Source: Callorhinchus milii (taxonomy: Eukaryota). Taken from it: 64,000 nucleotides of DNA. The position numbers and the translations under genes are program-made. Location of the stretch: assembly GCF_018977255.1 (NCBI RefSeq), contig NW_024704743.1:82090001-82154000 (forward strand). The letters are read 5' to 3'. Below the pieces are notes generated by a model. It made no database searches. It was not told the DNA's origin and saw only the letters and a program-made list of their open reading frames with translations. The first letter of the stretch is position 1. Each line of letters starts with the position of its first letter. Below are positions 1-10,112 of the stretch, piece after piece.

Positions 1-145
1 TACAGAATTAATACCTGTTTAAAATTTACTCACCGTATCCATTTTAGTCTGAATTTGTTCAGTATGAAAAATCATGACACAAATGTAACATATGCTTCTT
101 TTTTCACTCCTCTATTTTTTATTTTTTATCCCTCTTCTCTTGAAG

Positions 146-238
146 AGTACTGATGCAGGCTGTAGTATTATTCCATGTCAGATAGCTTCCCTCTGTTATT
201 TAATCCCAATAGTCTTTCTTCATTTCCCATCTCGGCTG
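146..238 (+). CDS. Candidate host exon (93 nt) encoding a hydrophobic, GPI-signal-like peptide STDAGCSIIPCQIASLCYLIPIVFLHFPSRL
   Basis: Long polypyrimidine tract (95-141) ending in AG at 144-145; donor CTG|GTAAGC at 239; length divisible by 3; only one frame is open. Gene not recognised. Confidence 0.45.
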
Positions 239-302
239 GTAAGCCACCACAGGTATACACAGCCAAGACGAACCCAGTCCTTAGATGACAAGGTCCACAG
301 GA

Positions 303-450
303 TTAGATCATATAAGGAAGCCTTTCAGTCCATCTGATCTCATCTTTCCAGAATATCCACTCTCCCATCACAACATCAAGCTGTTTATTAAATGAGACCA
401 GTTTGCTGGCCTCAACCACCCTTCCTGGCAATGTGTTCCAGTTGTTAATT
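303..450 (-). mobile_element. CR1-clade LINE 3' fragment
   Basis: Minus-strand peptide WNTLPGRVVEASKLVSFNKQLD resembles the CR1 ORF2 C-terminus; it appears to resume near 815-850 after an L2 insertion. Confidence 0.7.
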
Positions 451-451
451 A

Positions 452-813
452 CAATACAATACAAAGTTACATTTAGAAAGCACCTTTCACAACGGGAGAA
501 CATCCCAAGCACTTAATAGTCCTGGCTGAGCACCCGAGCTGGGTGTGGATGAGGGAGAGGCGGAGGTGGATAGCCAAGGTGGGTAGAGAGGGGAAAGATG
601 ACAAAAATGGGGTCAACTAGGTTGGCGAGGTGGCACTCCTTCAACCCATTCAAGGTGTGTCTTGAATGAGGTAACAGAGTGAACTAGTCAGAGAGTCTCT
701 GGGATAGCAATCCAGAGTGGGGGTAGAAAGGCTGAAAGCTCACCCGCCAATGGTGGGGTGGACGGGATGTTCTCCTGACATAAAAGGTGCTATATAAATT
801 GTATTGCATTGCA
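452..813. mobile_element. Two L2 3' ends joined back to back (minus fragment ~452-762, plus tail ~765-813)
   Basis: Reverse tail 'acatttagaaagcacctttcac...catcccaagcac' at left; forward tail 'gggatgttctcctgacataaaaggtgctatataaattgtattg' at right. Confidence 0.7.
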
Positions 814-854
814 TGTGTCTTTAAGAGCCTCCTAAAATCCTCCCTCTTCAACTA

Positions 855-1160
855 GGAGTCCTGTAGCTCAGTGGTTAGACCACTTGCCTTGCAAGGAAGA
901 GACATGGGTTCGATTCCCGGCAAGGCAAAACCTTGGGCAATTTCCTTATTCCACACACCTGATAGTAATCCCTCAAGAGAAAAATAATTAATTGGTCACT
1001 ACAATCCATGACTGTTTGTGGGACACTGCTGTGCACAATTGGCTGCCACGTTCCACCCACAAATATACAGTCAATTCACTTTACAGTATATTCTGTGAAG
1101 TGCTTTGAGACGTCTAGAATATGTGAAAAGCACGATATCAAATGCAACAATTATTATTAC
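855..1160 (+). mobile_element. tRNA-derived SINE (young family, short form)
   Basis: Head GGAGTCCTGTAGCTCAGTGGTTAG (A box) and GGTTCGATTCCC (B box), body shared with other copies, (TTA)n tail. Confidence 0.9.
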
Positions 1161-1645
1161 TATGACTACAGTCACCTTCTTCCTCCCCCACCACCACCCT
1201 CCCAGTTCAGTGCCTTGTAACCATCTCTTCGAGATGTTACCCTCCATAAAAGGTGCTATATAAATGCTAGTTGTTAAGGTTCTGGTTTGGTTTCTCCTGA
1301 AAAATGACTACTTTTTATGTTTCCAATTTCCCATTGCGCAATAGAGGAGCACAATTACCTTCACTAAAAAGACAGGCGTGTTTGATTTCTCCCTGGCAGT
1401 GCACTTGTGTGGTTTCCTTGGAGCAGTCGCATCGGGGAATTCTGTTCTATTCCATTGCTTGCCAGAGTTCCCACTACTGGATCTTCAAACCTACTGAATC
1501 AGGAACTCCAGTAAACTACACCCCAGAATTACACTGCAGAACAAAATCCAAACAAAACCACTATTGTTTTCTCCTTCACAAAACAAGTTCCACCAGTGCC
1601 CATCCTCCAAATGTTTCATTTCTTATGTTCCAATTATTCTTACAG

Positions 1646-1730
1646 GCTCAAGAGTGAGGACGAGGCTCTTACTGGGGAAAAAAAATGTGTGGAATCGTCA
1701 CCATTATTCGCTGATGTAAATCTAAATTGA
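1646..1730 (+). CDS. Candidate terminal exon: AQE* in phase 0 (stop ends 1657) or LKSEDEALTGEKKCVESSPLFADVNLN* in phase 2 (stop ends 1730)
   Basis: Strong acceptor 'tttcatttcttatgttccaattattcttacag' ending at 1645, followed by non-repeat AT-rich sequence compatible with a 3' UTR. Confidence 0.35.
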
Positions 1731-2561
1731 TTTTGTTTTAAAGTGGGGAAAGGGTTAAATTGGCTAATGTAACCCCAGGCAATAAGAAAGCACTGTTACT
1801 AATCAACTACCACTTAATTGATCTAAGACATGAAGGGATTGCTTTATCATCTAAAACTGTGCTGATCATATGGACCTCATTATTTATTGTCAAGCGCATT
1901 AACATGTGCCCTCTGTGTGGGAGGTTATTGCATCATTATGCATCGTAGTACAGTATCAAAGGATGTAACTTCTGTGAAAATTGACATAAAATGTAGGATG
2001 TCAAAAATTGCAGTTCTAGAAATTGGAATGCAGGAAATCTGACTCAGTGTAAAATTGCGTTAATACGTTTGTGGGAAATGTGGAGGGAGGGCAAGTTGAG
2101 GGTTGGTGTTCTTGAAAATAACTAATTCACTTTAAAAAGAAATTGCAAGAACAGCGATTTCTTCCTGCCATAATCTGTGACTTTACAGTAATCAATTTAG
2201 TTTGGGCCCTCGAAGTATTCTTGGAAATGGCAGATTTATCAGTTCAGTTAAGATGTCAACTTTTGTCATTGCTGGAGACAGTAAACAAAACTACATTCTC
2301 AAATCACTTCATCCAAACACGGATTCTGAGCTGCCCCATAGATGGATTTGATTAAATCGGCTCCAGGGTTTCTTTGCACAGAATTTCAGTCATGTGTGAA
2401 TTTGAAGTTAATAGTTCAAACCCTTGGGGTGGGAGGGGTGGGAGGGGAAGGGAGCAGAAGGGGCACACGTTTTGTGTTCACACGTTAAAGCTCTCTTTGC
2501 AACACAAATTCATTTGTTGTGCACATTTCCATTTTAAACCAGAGCCCTTCCCCCATTTAGT

Positions 2562-2889
2562 GGAGTCCTGTAGCTCAGTGGTTAGAGCACTCACCTTGCA
2601 AGCGAGAGACCTGGATTCAATTCCCGGGCAGGGCGAAACATTGGGCAAGTTTCCTTACTCCACACGCCTTTGTTTACCTAGCATAAGTAGGAACCCAATT
2701 GTTAGTCAATTGATGGATCGCTTTTCCGGGGGTAATAATTACTTCAAAACAAAAAATACTAATAATAAATTGGTCACTTAAAATGCTGCCGCATTTCGCC
2801 CACAAATTATACAGTCAATTCACTTCATGAAGACATCGCAAAGACTTGATAAGGCACGATATCAAATGCAAGGATTATTATTATTATTT
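2562..2889 (+). mobile_element. tRNA-derived SINE (long form, 3' part partly deleted)
   Basis: Same head; internal 'tttgtttacctagcataagtaggaaccc...' segment; AAATGCAAGGATTATTA tail. Confidence 0.9.
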
Positions 2890-3180
2890 AGCTTAGTGGG
2901 TAAATGCATAGTTATACTCAATCCTTGTTCTGGACTGAGTAAACTGATCTCAGATGGAATATGAATGCAGGGAATTGGTATTCCCAGGTTTGGCAGAAAT
3001 TAAATCAACCAGGACTCCTGCTTCCACTGGAAGTGATTGTGGACCATCAGCCTGGATTATGATGCTCGCTGTGGGTGAATGGCTTGCGAGCACTCACTGT
3101 CCAGGCTCACAAATGACAAATATGCACTTGTGTGACTTACCAGAAGGCTGACATTTCCCATAACATTGTGCTCTTGCAGG
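2890..3180 (+). mobile_element. Old SINE-like remnant of a different family
   Basis: Degenerate head 'gcttagtgggtaaatgca' and 'cactcactgtccaggctcaca' motif that I recall from shark SINE-like repeats; single copy here. Confidence 0.3.
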
Positions 3181-3299
3181 ACAAGAAAGGCACCTGGTGG
3201 CTATCAATGGGAACATTGAAGGAAAAAGAATGGCATTTTTCCCAATTCCACTTAGTAATTTATCATGGATGATAAGATTAATGAATGAAATCATGTAAA

Positions 3300-3530
3300 T
3301 TTACCACCTTGATAACTGGCAAGGAGATACCAGATTTGGCAGTAGAGAGCAGAATCCTGTTTATCTTGATTACTGCCGTCTCATAGTATTCGCACAGGAG
3401 CAATAGGTCAACTCTAAGATCTGTTTCAACTTTTCTATTGTCTGCTGCATCCATGGAGTACATGCGCCTCCTATCTTTGCCTCCTATAGACAGTAACTTG
3501 CATTTATATCTGCTAGACTTCATTCACCAA
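3300..3530 (-). mobile_element. Degraded CR1 ORF2 fragment
   Basis: Minus-strand peptide 'KCKLLSIG...ETDLRV...AVIKINRIL' resembles the CR1 KCKVMHxG / EKDLGV / KANRML motifs. Confidence 0.55.
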
Positions 3531-3624
3531 TGATCAACTCTGTTATATTATGTATTTTAATATATTTTAATATAATTAAGAAATGGCTGAAGGGAGAAGA
3601 CATATAGTGCAGGACATAAACAAA

Positions 3625-3870
3625 AACAACAGTAACAATTTTTATTTATATAGCACCTTTCGTGTAGAATAACATCTTGGAGAGGTTCACAATGACAGGA
3701 TCAGCTGCCCAGCAGGTGAGAGGGGGAAGGAGGTGGTGATCATGAGGGCAGTCAAAGAGGTAGGTTCTAAGATGGAATTTGAAGACAAATAAAAAGGGGA
3801 TGAGGGAGGGAGTAGTGGGGGGTGGGGGGAGTTCCAGAGCTCAGCCACTGAAGGGAGACTCCCTCACCAA
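3625..3870 (-). mobile_element. Old L2 3' fragment
   Basis: Reverse tail 'atttatatagcacctttcgtg' plus purine-rich 3' region ending 'gagttccagagc'. Confidence 0.7.
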
Positions 3871-4599
3871 TGTAATTGTTAGTTGCCAACAAACTTGGCT
3901 ATTAAAAGCCTCTCGATTATAGAATGACTGAGGAAGGTGATAAGTTGGGCAGACTCAAGGAAAGGAGAAGATGATTGTATAATAAGTTTTAATTTTGATA
4001 CAGTGGCAATGCAGGGAAGAGGGAGGGTATGACAGCATTCTTGGATTTTGGAGATAGGACTAATTGTCATACTAGCATTTATTAGAGATACATGAGAATA
4101 GTTTCTGTAATTATCCTAGAACCATAGACACCACTTGCACACACCTAGAAAAAAGGCTTTATATGAAAAATATAGAGTTGGAATTTTTAGCTGTTAATAA
4201 ACATTTGATGTGAACATTTGCAATATTGTCTTGGTCGATAGAAATGTTTTAAACCAGTTTAATCCCCATTTTAGTTTTGTATGCAGGCAGTTTCTAATGC
4301 ACTTTTTACAAGCTGAGTTAAGATGATATCGTATTATTAAATCCCTGGTTCTCTCTGATCAGTGCAGGAATTTGGGGGCCAAAGCACTTGTATCATGGCT
4401 TACGTCTTTTAAGAACAATTCCTCCTGGGATGATGCAATGTTTGCTTCAGATATTCCTAACTGATGCAATTATGATTCAGCTTTACCCTAACCTCAAATG
4501 AATGCAGGGACAAGTCTGAAATCAATATGATTCCTCTCCAAAGGATGTCAACATCCAAGAAAACCTCCCATGACTTGATAGTGCATCGAGTCTGCATCC

Positions 4600-4790
4600 C
4601 ACTGCCTACATAACATGGGCAGGATCGTTTTGGGGTTGAGTTGGTTCCAAAGTGACATGTCTGGCTATAGAAGATTGGAATTGAGTCGATTTTCTGTGGC
4701 TGTTTCGATCGTGTGATATCTGAGTTAGACAGGTCCGCAGTAATCCAGGGTACTGTTGATGTCAGCCTGTCTAATCAACAGTACTTAGAG
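4600..4790 (+). mobile_element. RTE-like LINE fragment (family also at ~13570, 19970, 42198, 44140, 58163)
   Basis: 'ttggttccaaagtgacatgtctggc' aligns by eye with the reverse complement of 20540-20570. Confidence 0.5.
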
Positions 4791-4849
4791 CAGCCACTTG
4801 GGGACACAGGCCTGCTCTGTCTCCCCACCCAATCCACCCCACAAGTGGT

Positions 4850-5090
4850 AGGCAAGCTTCAGTTCCCTACTCTCTGGAACTCCTTTAGGGAGTCCCTCTG
4901 CCTCACCCCTCCCTCTCACCTTTAAAGCCAGTCTTAAGACCTCTCTTTTCAGCTGTGCTTATTCAGTCATTTTTCCTCCCTCCATTCTCCTCAGTTTCTC
5001 ACCCCTCCCAGCTTGGGCTTCCAGTCAATTGCACAAATCACTTTGAGACATCCTCCACATATGAAAGGTGCTATATAAATATAAATGTAT
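4850..5090 (+). mobile_element. Old L2 3' fragment
   Basis: 'ctctggaactcc...tttaaagccagtcttaagacc' followed by tail 'gaaaggtgctatataaat'. Confidence 0.7.
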
Positions 5091-6423
5091 ATTTGGATAA
5101 CATACTTACAGCTGTGAGACTGTCCAATTGTTATAATACAGTTCTACCCACTATCTCAAACCAGTTTATATCAATATCCCACCTACGTCGACAACAAAAT
5201 GAAGTTCCAGTCCCTTCACCTTATGTCTTAAAACTTATCCTGCATGTCAATGTTGACATAAACTCCAGCACATTTATATTAACAAATGTTTCAAATGCCT
5301 AACAGTATTACTTGCACTCTGTTATTACCGCTTATGTTGACAACAACAACAAATTTCACATAAGAAGGACGTCCCAAGGCGGTAGACAGTCAGGGATCCG
5401 TACCTTATGACAGGCCCTTATCCTCACATGTGACACTTGAGTTAATGAGTGAGCGATTGAGTGCGTGCGGCTTGTGCATGCATGTGTGATTGCACGTGAG
5501 TATATATGACACATGAGTGAATGTGACATGTGTAGGCTTGTCAGGCTTATAAATTAGCCATGTTGGGAATGCCAATCATAATCTTCTGCTGCACCACAAT
5601 AGATACCACAAGCTGGAATGAAATGAAAACGCTGGGGGATATATATCATGCAGTCAAAGAAATTGAGAGTGGAAAATAAAGAAGTCTGCAACAAAACCTT
5701 CTCTGTGAAGCCCACCAATCTACACGGTTGGTTGAAATTTGCCTAATGCCTGAAGGCTAAAGACCGAGATGGGATATATATGTCACAGATAAAGCAAAAT
5801 TGTAAAATATGAAGATGTTGAGGATGCAATAACCACGTGGTTTAATAAAAACCTTACTGAAAATCTTACCATCACAAATGATAGTGACATGTTCATTGAG
5901 AAGGACAAAGCCTTCTGCTGATCAACTAGGTGTGGAAAATTTCACCGCCAGCAATGGGTTGCTTTAGTCACTTCAAGGCAGAGCATGGTCTTGTGCATAA
6001 AAAAAATTAGCGGTGAGAGAAAGTCTGCCGACATGTCTCGCTTTGCGGAATGGAAGAGTCGTCTCCAGGAAATTCTACAGGACTAGAATTCCAACTGGAT
6101 TTACTATGCACACGAGACTGCTTTGTTTTTTAAGTGCTCCCCAGACTAAACTTACTGCATTAAGGGATAACTGTGTAACTGGGGGTAAACAAACTAAATA
6201 CCATGTTTCAATTATGGTCACCGCCAGCACAACTGGAACAGATAAGCTACAGCTTCTCATGTTAGGTAAGTCAAAAACAAATAATGTAAAACATCTACTA
6301 GTCGATTATGAGGCCAAAGCTTGGTAATTTTTTACCATATGGGTCAAATTCAAGAAAAAGTTAATGATTGGTCAGAAAATAGTATTATTAGTCGATAACA
6401 TCTCTACCCACCTTCATGTCAAT

Positions 6424-7501
6424 ACAATATAATACAATAAAAAATTACATTTGTATAGCGATTTTCACTTTGGGATGTGAAAATGGGTTTTGAAACGCAC
6501 CTTGAAGGAGGCAAAGGATGGAACAAGGCAAAGGGAATGTGGAATGGAGAAAGGCTGAAGTGTGGGCAGAAAGGCTGAAGGCCCGACCGTCGATGGTGAA
6601 GCAGGACGGGCGGGAGACCTGGAGCAGCAGAGGAAGTGGACAGGTTGATTTGTGGTCAGCAGGTTGGAGAGGTAGGAAGGGGCAAGGTCTTGGAGGGTTT
6701 TGAATCCGAGGACAATGATTTTGAATATCTTCTGAGGGATGGGGAGCCAGTGGAGATGGGTGAGGGTGGGGGTGATGAGTCACAGAGCCTGGTGTGGGAG
6801 AGGAACACGAGCTGCAGAGTCCTGAATGATCTGCAGCTTGTGGAGGGAACAGTTGGGAAGGCAGACAAGCAGGGAGTTGGCGAAGTCAACCTAGATGTGA
6901 TAAATACATGGATGAGGGTCTCGGTGGCCTAAGGGAAGTGGCAGTGGTGGAGCCAGGCAATGTTGTGGAATTGGGGGAAGGCAGAGCTGGTGGTGGCATG
7001 GATGTGGGGTAGAAAGGATAGCTGAGGGTCAAACAAGACCCAAGGTTGTGGACTGACTCAGTGAGGTGGAATGTGCATCCTTGGATGGTGATCCTGTCAG
7101 TGCCTGAGGTGTGGAGACTCTGATGGGAGCCAATCAGGAGGGTCTCAGTCTTGTTGACGTTCAACTGTAGAAAGTTAGCTCTCCTCCAGGATTTGATGTC
7201 TGACAGACATTCTGTTAGGACAGCAGTGGTCCTGGAGTGAGGGTGGAGCAGAGAGATAGAGTTGGTTGTTATCCGCATACATGTGGAAGTCTGCGAATGA
7301 TCACCAAGAGGGAGCACTTAGATATTGAAGAGGAGGGGACTAAGAGCCCTGAGGAACTCGGTACTAGACTATGCAGGGGCTAGAGAAGAAGCTGTTTGTG
7401 GAGATGAAGTGGAGACACTGTGATAGGTGGGATCTGAATCACTCAAGGACAGAACCATGAAGGTTAAGTTAAGAGAAGAGGCTGTGGAGGAGGGTAGAGA
7501 G
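6424..7501 (-). mobile_element. 5'-truncated L2 LINE inserted in the Tigger transposase, 6-bp TSD GTCAAT
   Basis: Minus-strand ORF2 peptides ([22 protein letters not shown]); L2 tail at left; GTCAAT at 6418-6423 and 7502-7507. Confidence 0.92.
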
Positions 7502-7977
7502 GTCAATGGTCTACGAGCCACTAAATTGGTGTTTCTTCCTCCAAATGCCATATCCTTAATCAAGCCAATGGATCAAGGAATTCTTTAAAATCTTAAGTAC
7601 AGCTACTGAAAACATCTCATTAAAAAGTTGGTAACCATCGAGGCCAAGGAAGAGTCTATGAAAAATCTAAAAGGGGCGATGCACAATTTAAAAAAAAAAT
7701 CCTGGACATCAATAAAACAAGAAACAATTCAGAATTGCTTTTGTGTGCAATCCACTTGATGGTGACTTCTGTGGATTCCATGGATTCACAGCTGATCATG
7801 CTGAAGAAGACTCCGATGATCAGGTGCTGTATGAAGCTCTTGATTTGCAAAAAGAAGAGTTCATACATCTTGCTGTTAATATGGATTCAAATAATCAATA
7901 TCTTGCTGCATTGGCATTGATGATCACCTCCTCAAAAAATAGAGTCAAGTGGACAACAAGAAGCTGAGGAACCTGAA

Positions 7978-8299
7978 AATAATAATAATAATAATAATAA
8001 TAATCCTTGCATTTGATATAGCGCTTTTCACGTCGGGAGGACGTCCCAAAGCGCTTCACAGAACACACTGTAAAGTGAATTGACTGTATATTTGTGGGCG
8101 AACGCGGCAGCCAATTGCGCACAGCAATATCCCACAAACAGTCGTAGATTGAAAATGACCAATTTATTATTGTTTTTGGTTTTGGAGGGATTATTATTTG
8201 GCGTGTGGAGTAAGGAAACTTGCCCAAGGTTTCACCCTGCCTGGAATTGAACTCAGGTCTCTCACTTGCAAAACGAGTGCTCTAACCACTGAGCTCCAC
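7978..8299 (-). mobile_element. Youngest SINE subfamily copy inserted in Tigger
   Basis: Near-identical to 29206-29527; TSD-like GAAAATAAT (7975-7983) and GAAAACAAT (8300-8308). Confidence 0.92.
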
Positions 8300-8486
8300 G
8301 AAAACAATGATGAAGAGTCCAACAATGACAATGTTCAGTACTTGATGTGCAAAAAAAATTAATCACACTATATGTTTGTTGTTCATTCATTTATTCCACT
8401 TATGTTGACAAAATTTGAATGTCAACATGTCAGCATGTAGGACTATATAAAACAGTCATAAACCTTATTGTTCACACTCAGGCATG

Positions 8487-8636
8487 ATAATAATAATTAT
8501 TACAATAATTCTTGCATTTGATGTAATCCCTTATCACATCTACTAGATATGTCAAAGCGCTTCACGGAATATACTATAAAGTGAATTGACTGTGTGTTTT
8601 GTGGGCAAAATGTGGCAGCCAATTGTGCACAGCATT
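8487..8636 (-). mobile_element. SINE 3' half
   Basis: Reverse 'cttgcatttgat...aaagcgcttcac...ggcagccaattgtgcacagca'. Confidence 0.8.
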
Positions 8637-9316
8637 GAATTGGGCATCACTGAATCAACAATTGCCGAATCCAGTTAGCCTCCCAAACAGTCAAAATAAT
8701 TACAACAATGAGAATTGCAATGTTATAGTAAATTTCGCCAGTAACAAACAATAGGAAAGAGAGTGAGATTTGGACAGGCAAGTATTGATAGGGAGGGAGA
8801 AAGAAAGACTGAGACAGAGACTACAATCTCTCACTGGGTGATACATATTTATTTCAACAGTGTTTAAAGGGGCATCATCTTTTCTGTGCTTACAAAGAAA
8901 AACACGCAATTGTCTCAATATGCATAATTAGATCCTTTGCTCTCAGGCACTGTGACTTAATAATCTTTGGACTCTTTGATTTTGTTCATATCTGTTTTGG
9001 AAGATCGAATTGGCATACATATATCTGCATATAGCTTTGAACAAGACCAAAAAAGCAAAAGGATAAAATCTCTCCTCCAACGACTTTACCAGTAACAATA
9101 TTCACTTCTGTCCTTTTATTTTCTGATCTTTTATTTTCTCACACACTCTGATCTTTAATTTCCTCTTTCTTCCCCCTCCAAACCCTCAGATCCCATTTTG
9201 ATGACATTGGAATCCCAACATTAGCAGACAAAATAAAGGACAAGATATTCACAGCTTGTGCTAAATGTGTTGCATGGAAAATATAGGCAAGATGCAACAA
9301 AATGTCTCATACAATA

Positions 9317-9505
9317 TAATAATAACTTGCATTTATATAGCATTCTTCACACAGGGTAGCATCTCAGACTACTGCCACTGTCTCACACAGCAGGCTGCCG
9401 AAACCCTCAAACGCACATTCATAATATCCAGGTTTCATTATGCAAACTCCCAGCTTGTCGGCCTCCCCAACTCCTCCCTCCACAGGTTGCAGATCATCCA
9501 GAACA
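9317..9505. mobile_element. L2 tail (minus) fused to an L2 ORF2 fragment (plus)
   Basis: Reverse tail 9317-9369, then plus-strand peptide [37 protein letters not shown]. Confidence 0.7.
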
Positions 9506-9936
9506 TCAGGATGGACCAGTTGATCTGAATGACCTGTGAATAGTCATTTTCTTCATTGTTGTTTATGGGACATTGCTGTGCACAAATGGACTACCTACAA
9601 TTACAGTCGCTACACTTTACTAAAACTTTGTGAATCACTGTGAGATAATGTTATATGTTTTATTGAAATGCATTTATTATTATTATGAAATCTACCTCAC
9701 ATTGTGGTTACACGCTCCATATGGAAAGGCCATCCTAGTAAAGGGGATCTATCTATAATGTGGTAAGATGCCATTGAAATATTACTGAGAGGGTAAATTA
9801 GAGGCATTTGATAATTAATACATTGAAGGCTTTATAACATGCTACAAATGTATTCCCATTAGATAATTATCACTACCCCTGGTTTACTCACACTGAGCAG
9901 TTTTACCAAGCCCATAGCAACATCCTAGATATTTCA

Positions 9937-10112
9937 AAAACAGAAGTCGCTGGGAACACTCAGTAGGTCAGGCAGCATCTAATGAGAAAGAAAAGTGAGT
10001 TGACGTTTCGGGTCCACCACCCTTCGTCAGAACACTGATGACCCTGCTGAGTGTTCCCAGCAACTTCTGTTTTTGTTTCAGATTCCAGCATTTTGCAGTA
10101 TTTTGCGTTTTG
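9937..10112. mobile_element. Non-autonomous Penelope-like (PLE) terminal hairpin element with 15-bp TSD
   Basis: Inverted arms 9937-9970 and 10039-10074; exact direct repeat ATCCTAGATATTTCA at 9922-9936 and 10113-10127; hammerhead core inside. Confidence 0.8.
9997..10035 (-). ncRNA. Minimal type I hammerhead ribozyme motif
   Basis: Minus strand reads GUGUU-CUGACGA-A-GGGU(GGUGG)ACCC-GAAACGUC-AACUC: conserved core, 4-bp stem II, palindromic ACGU stem III, GUC cleavage triplet, short stem I. Confidence 0.7.

Larger units (their letters stand above)
5139..8445 (+). mobile_element. Tigger/pogo (Tc1-mariner superfamily) DNA transposon with decayed transposase and nested insertions
   Basis: TA|CAGTTCTAC left end and GTAGGACTA|TA right end; repeated subterminal TATGTTGACA motifs; CENP-B-like HTH (EDVEDAITTWF, DQLGVENFTASNG) near 5810-5960; DDE_1 motifs GGKQTK, TGTDKL, LLVDN, KLVFLPPN, PMDQGI; many stops and frameshifts. 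Confidence 0.9.

Noticed and set aside
28..60. Minus-strand donor after ATG GAT ACG
   Set aside because: Weak acceptor context, at the window edge, no other support.
146..238. Naming the candidate exon after a specific GPI-anchored gene
   Set aside because: Similarity to remembered C-termini is compositional only and exon phase could not be verified.
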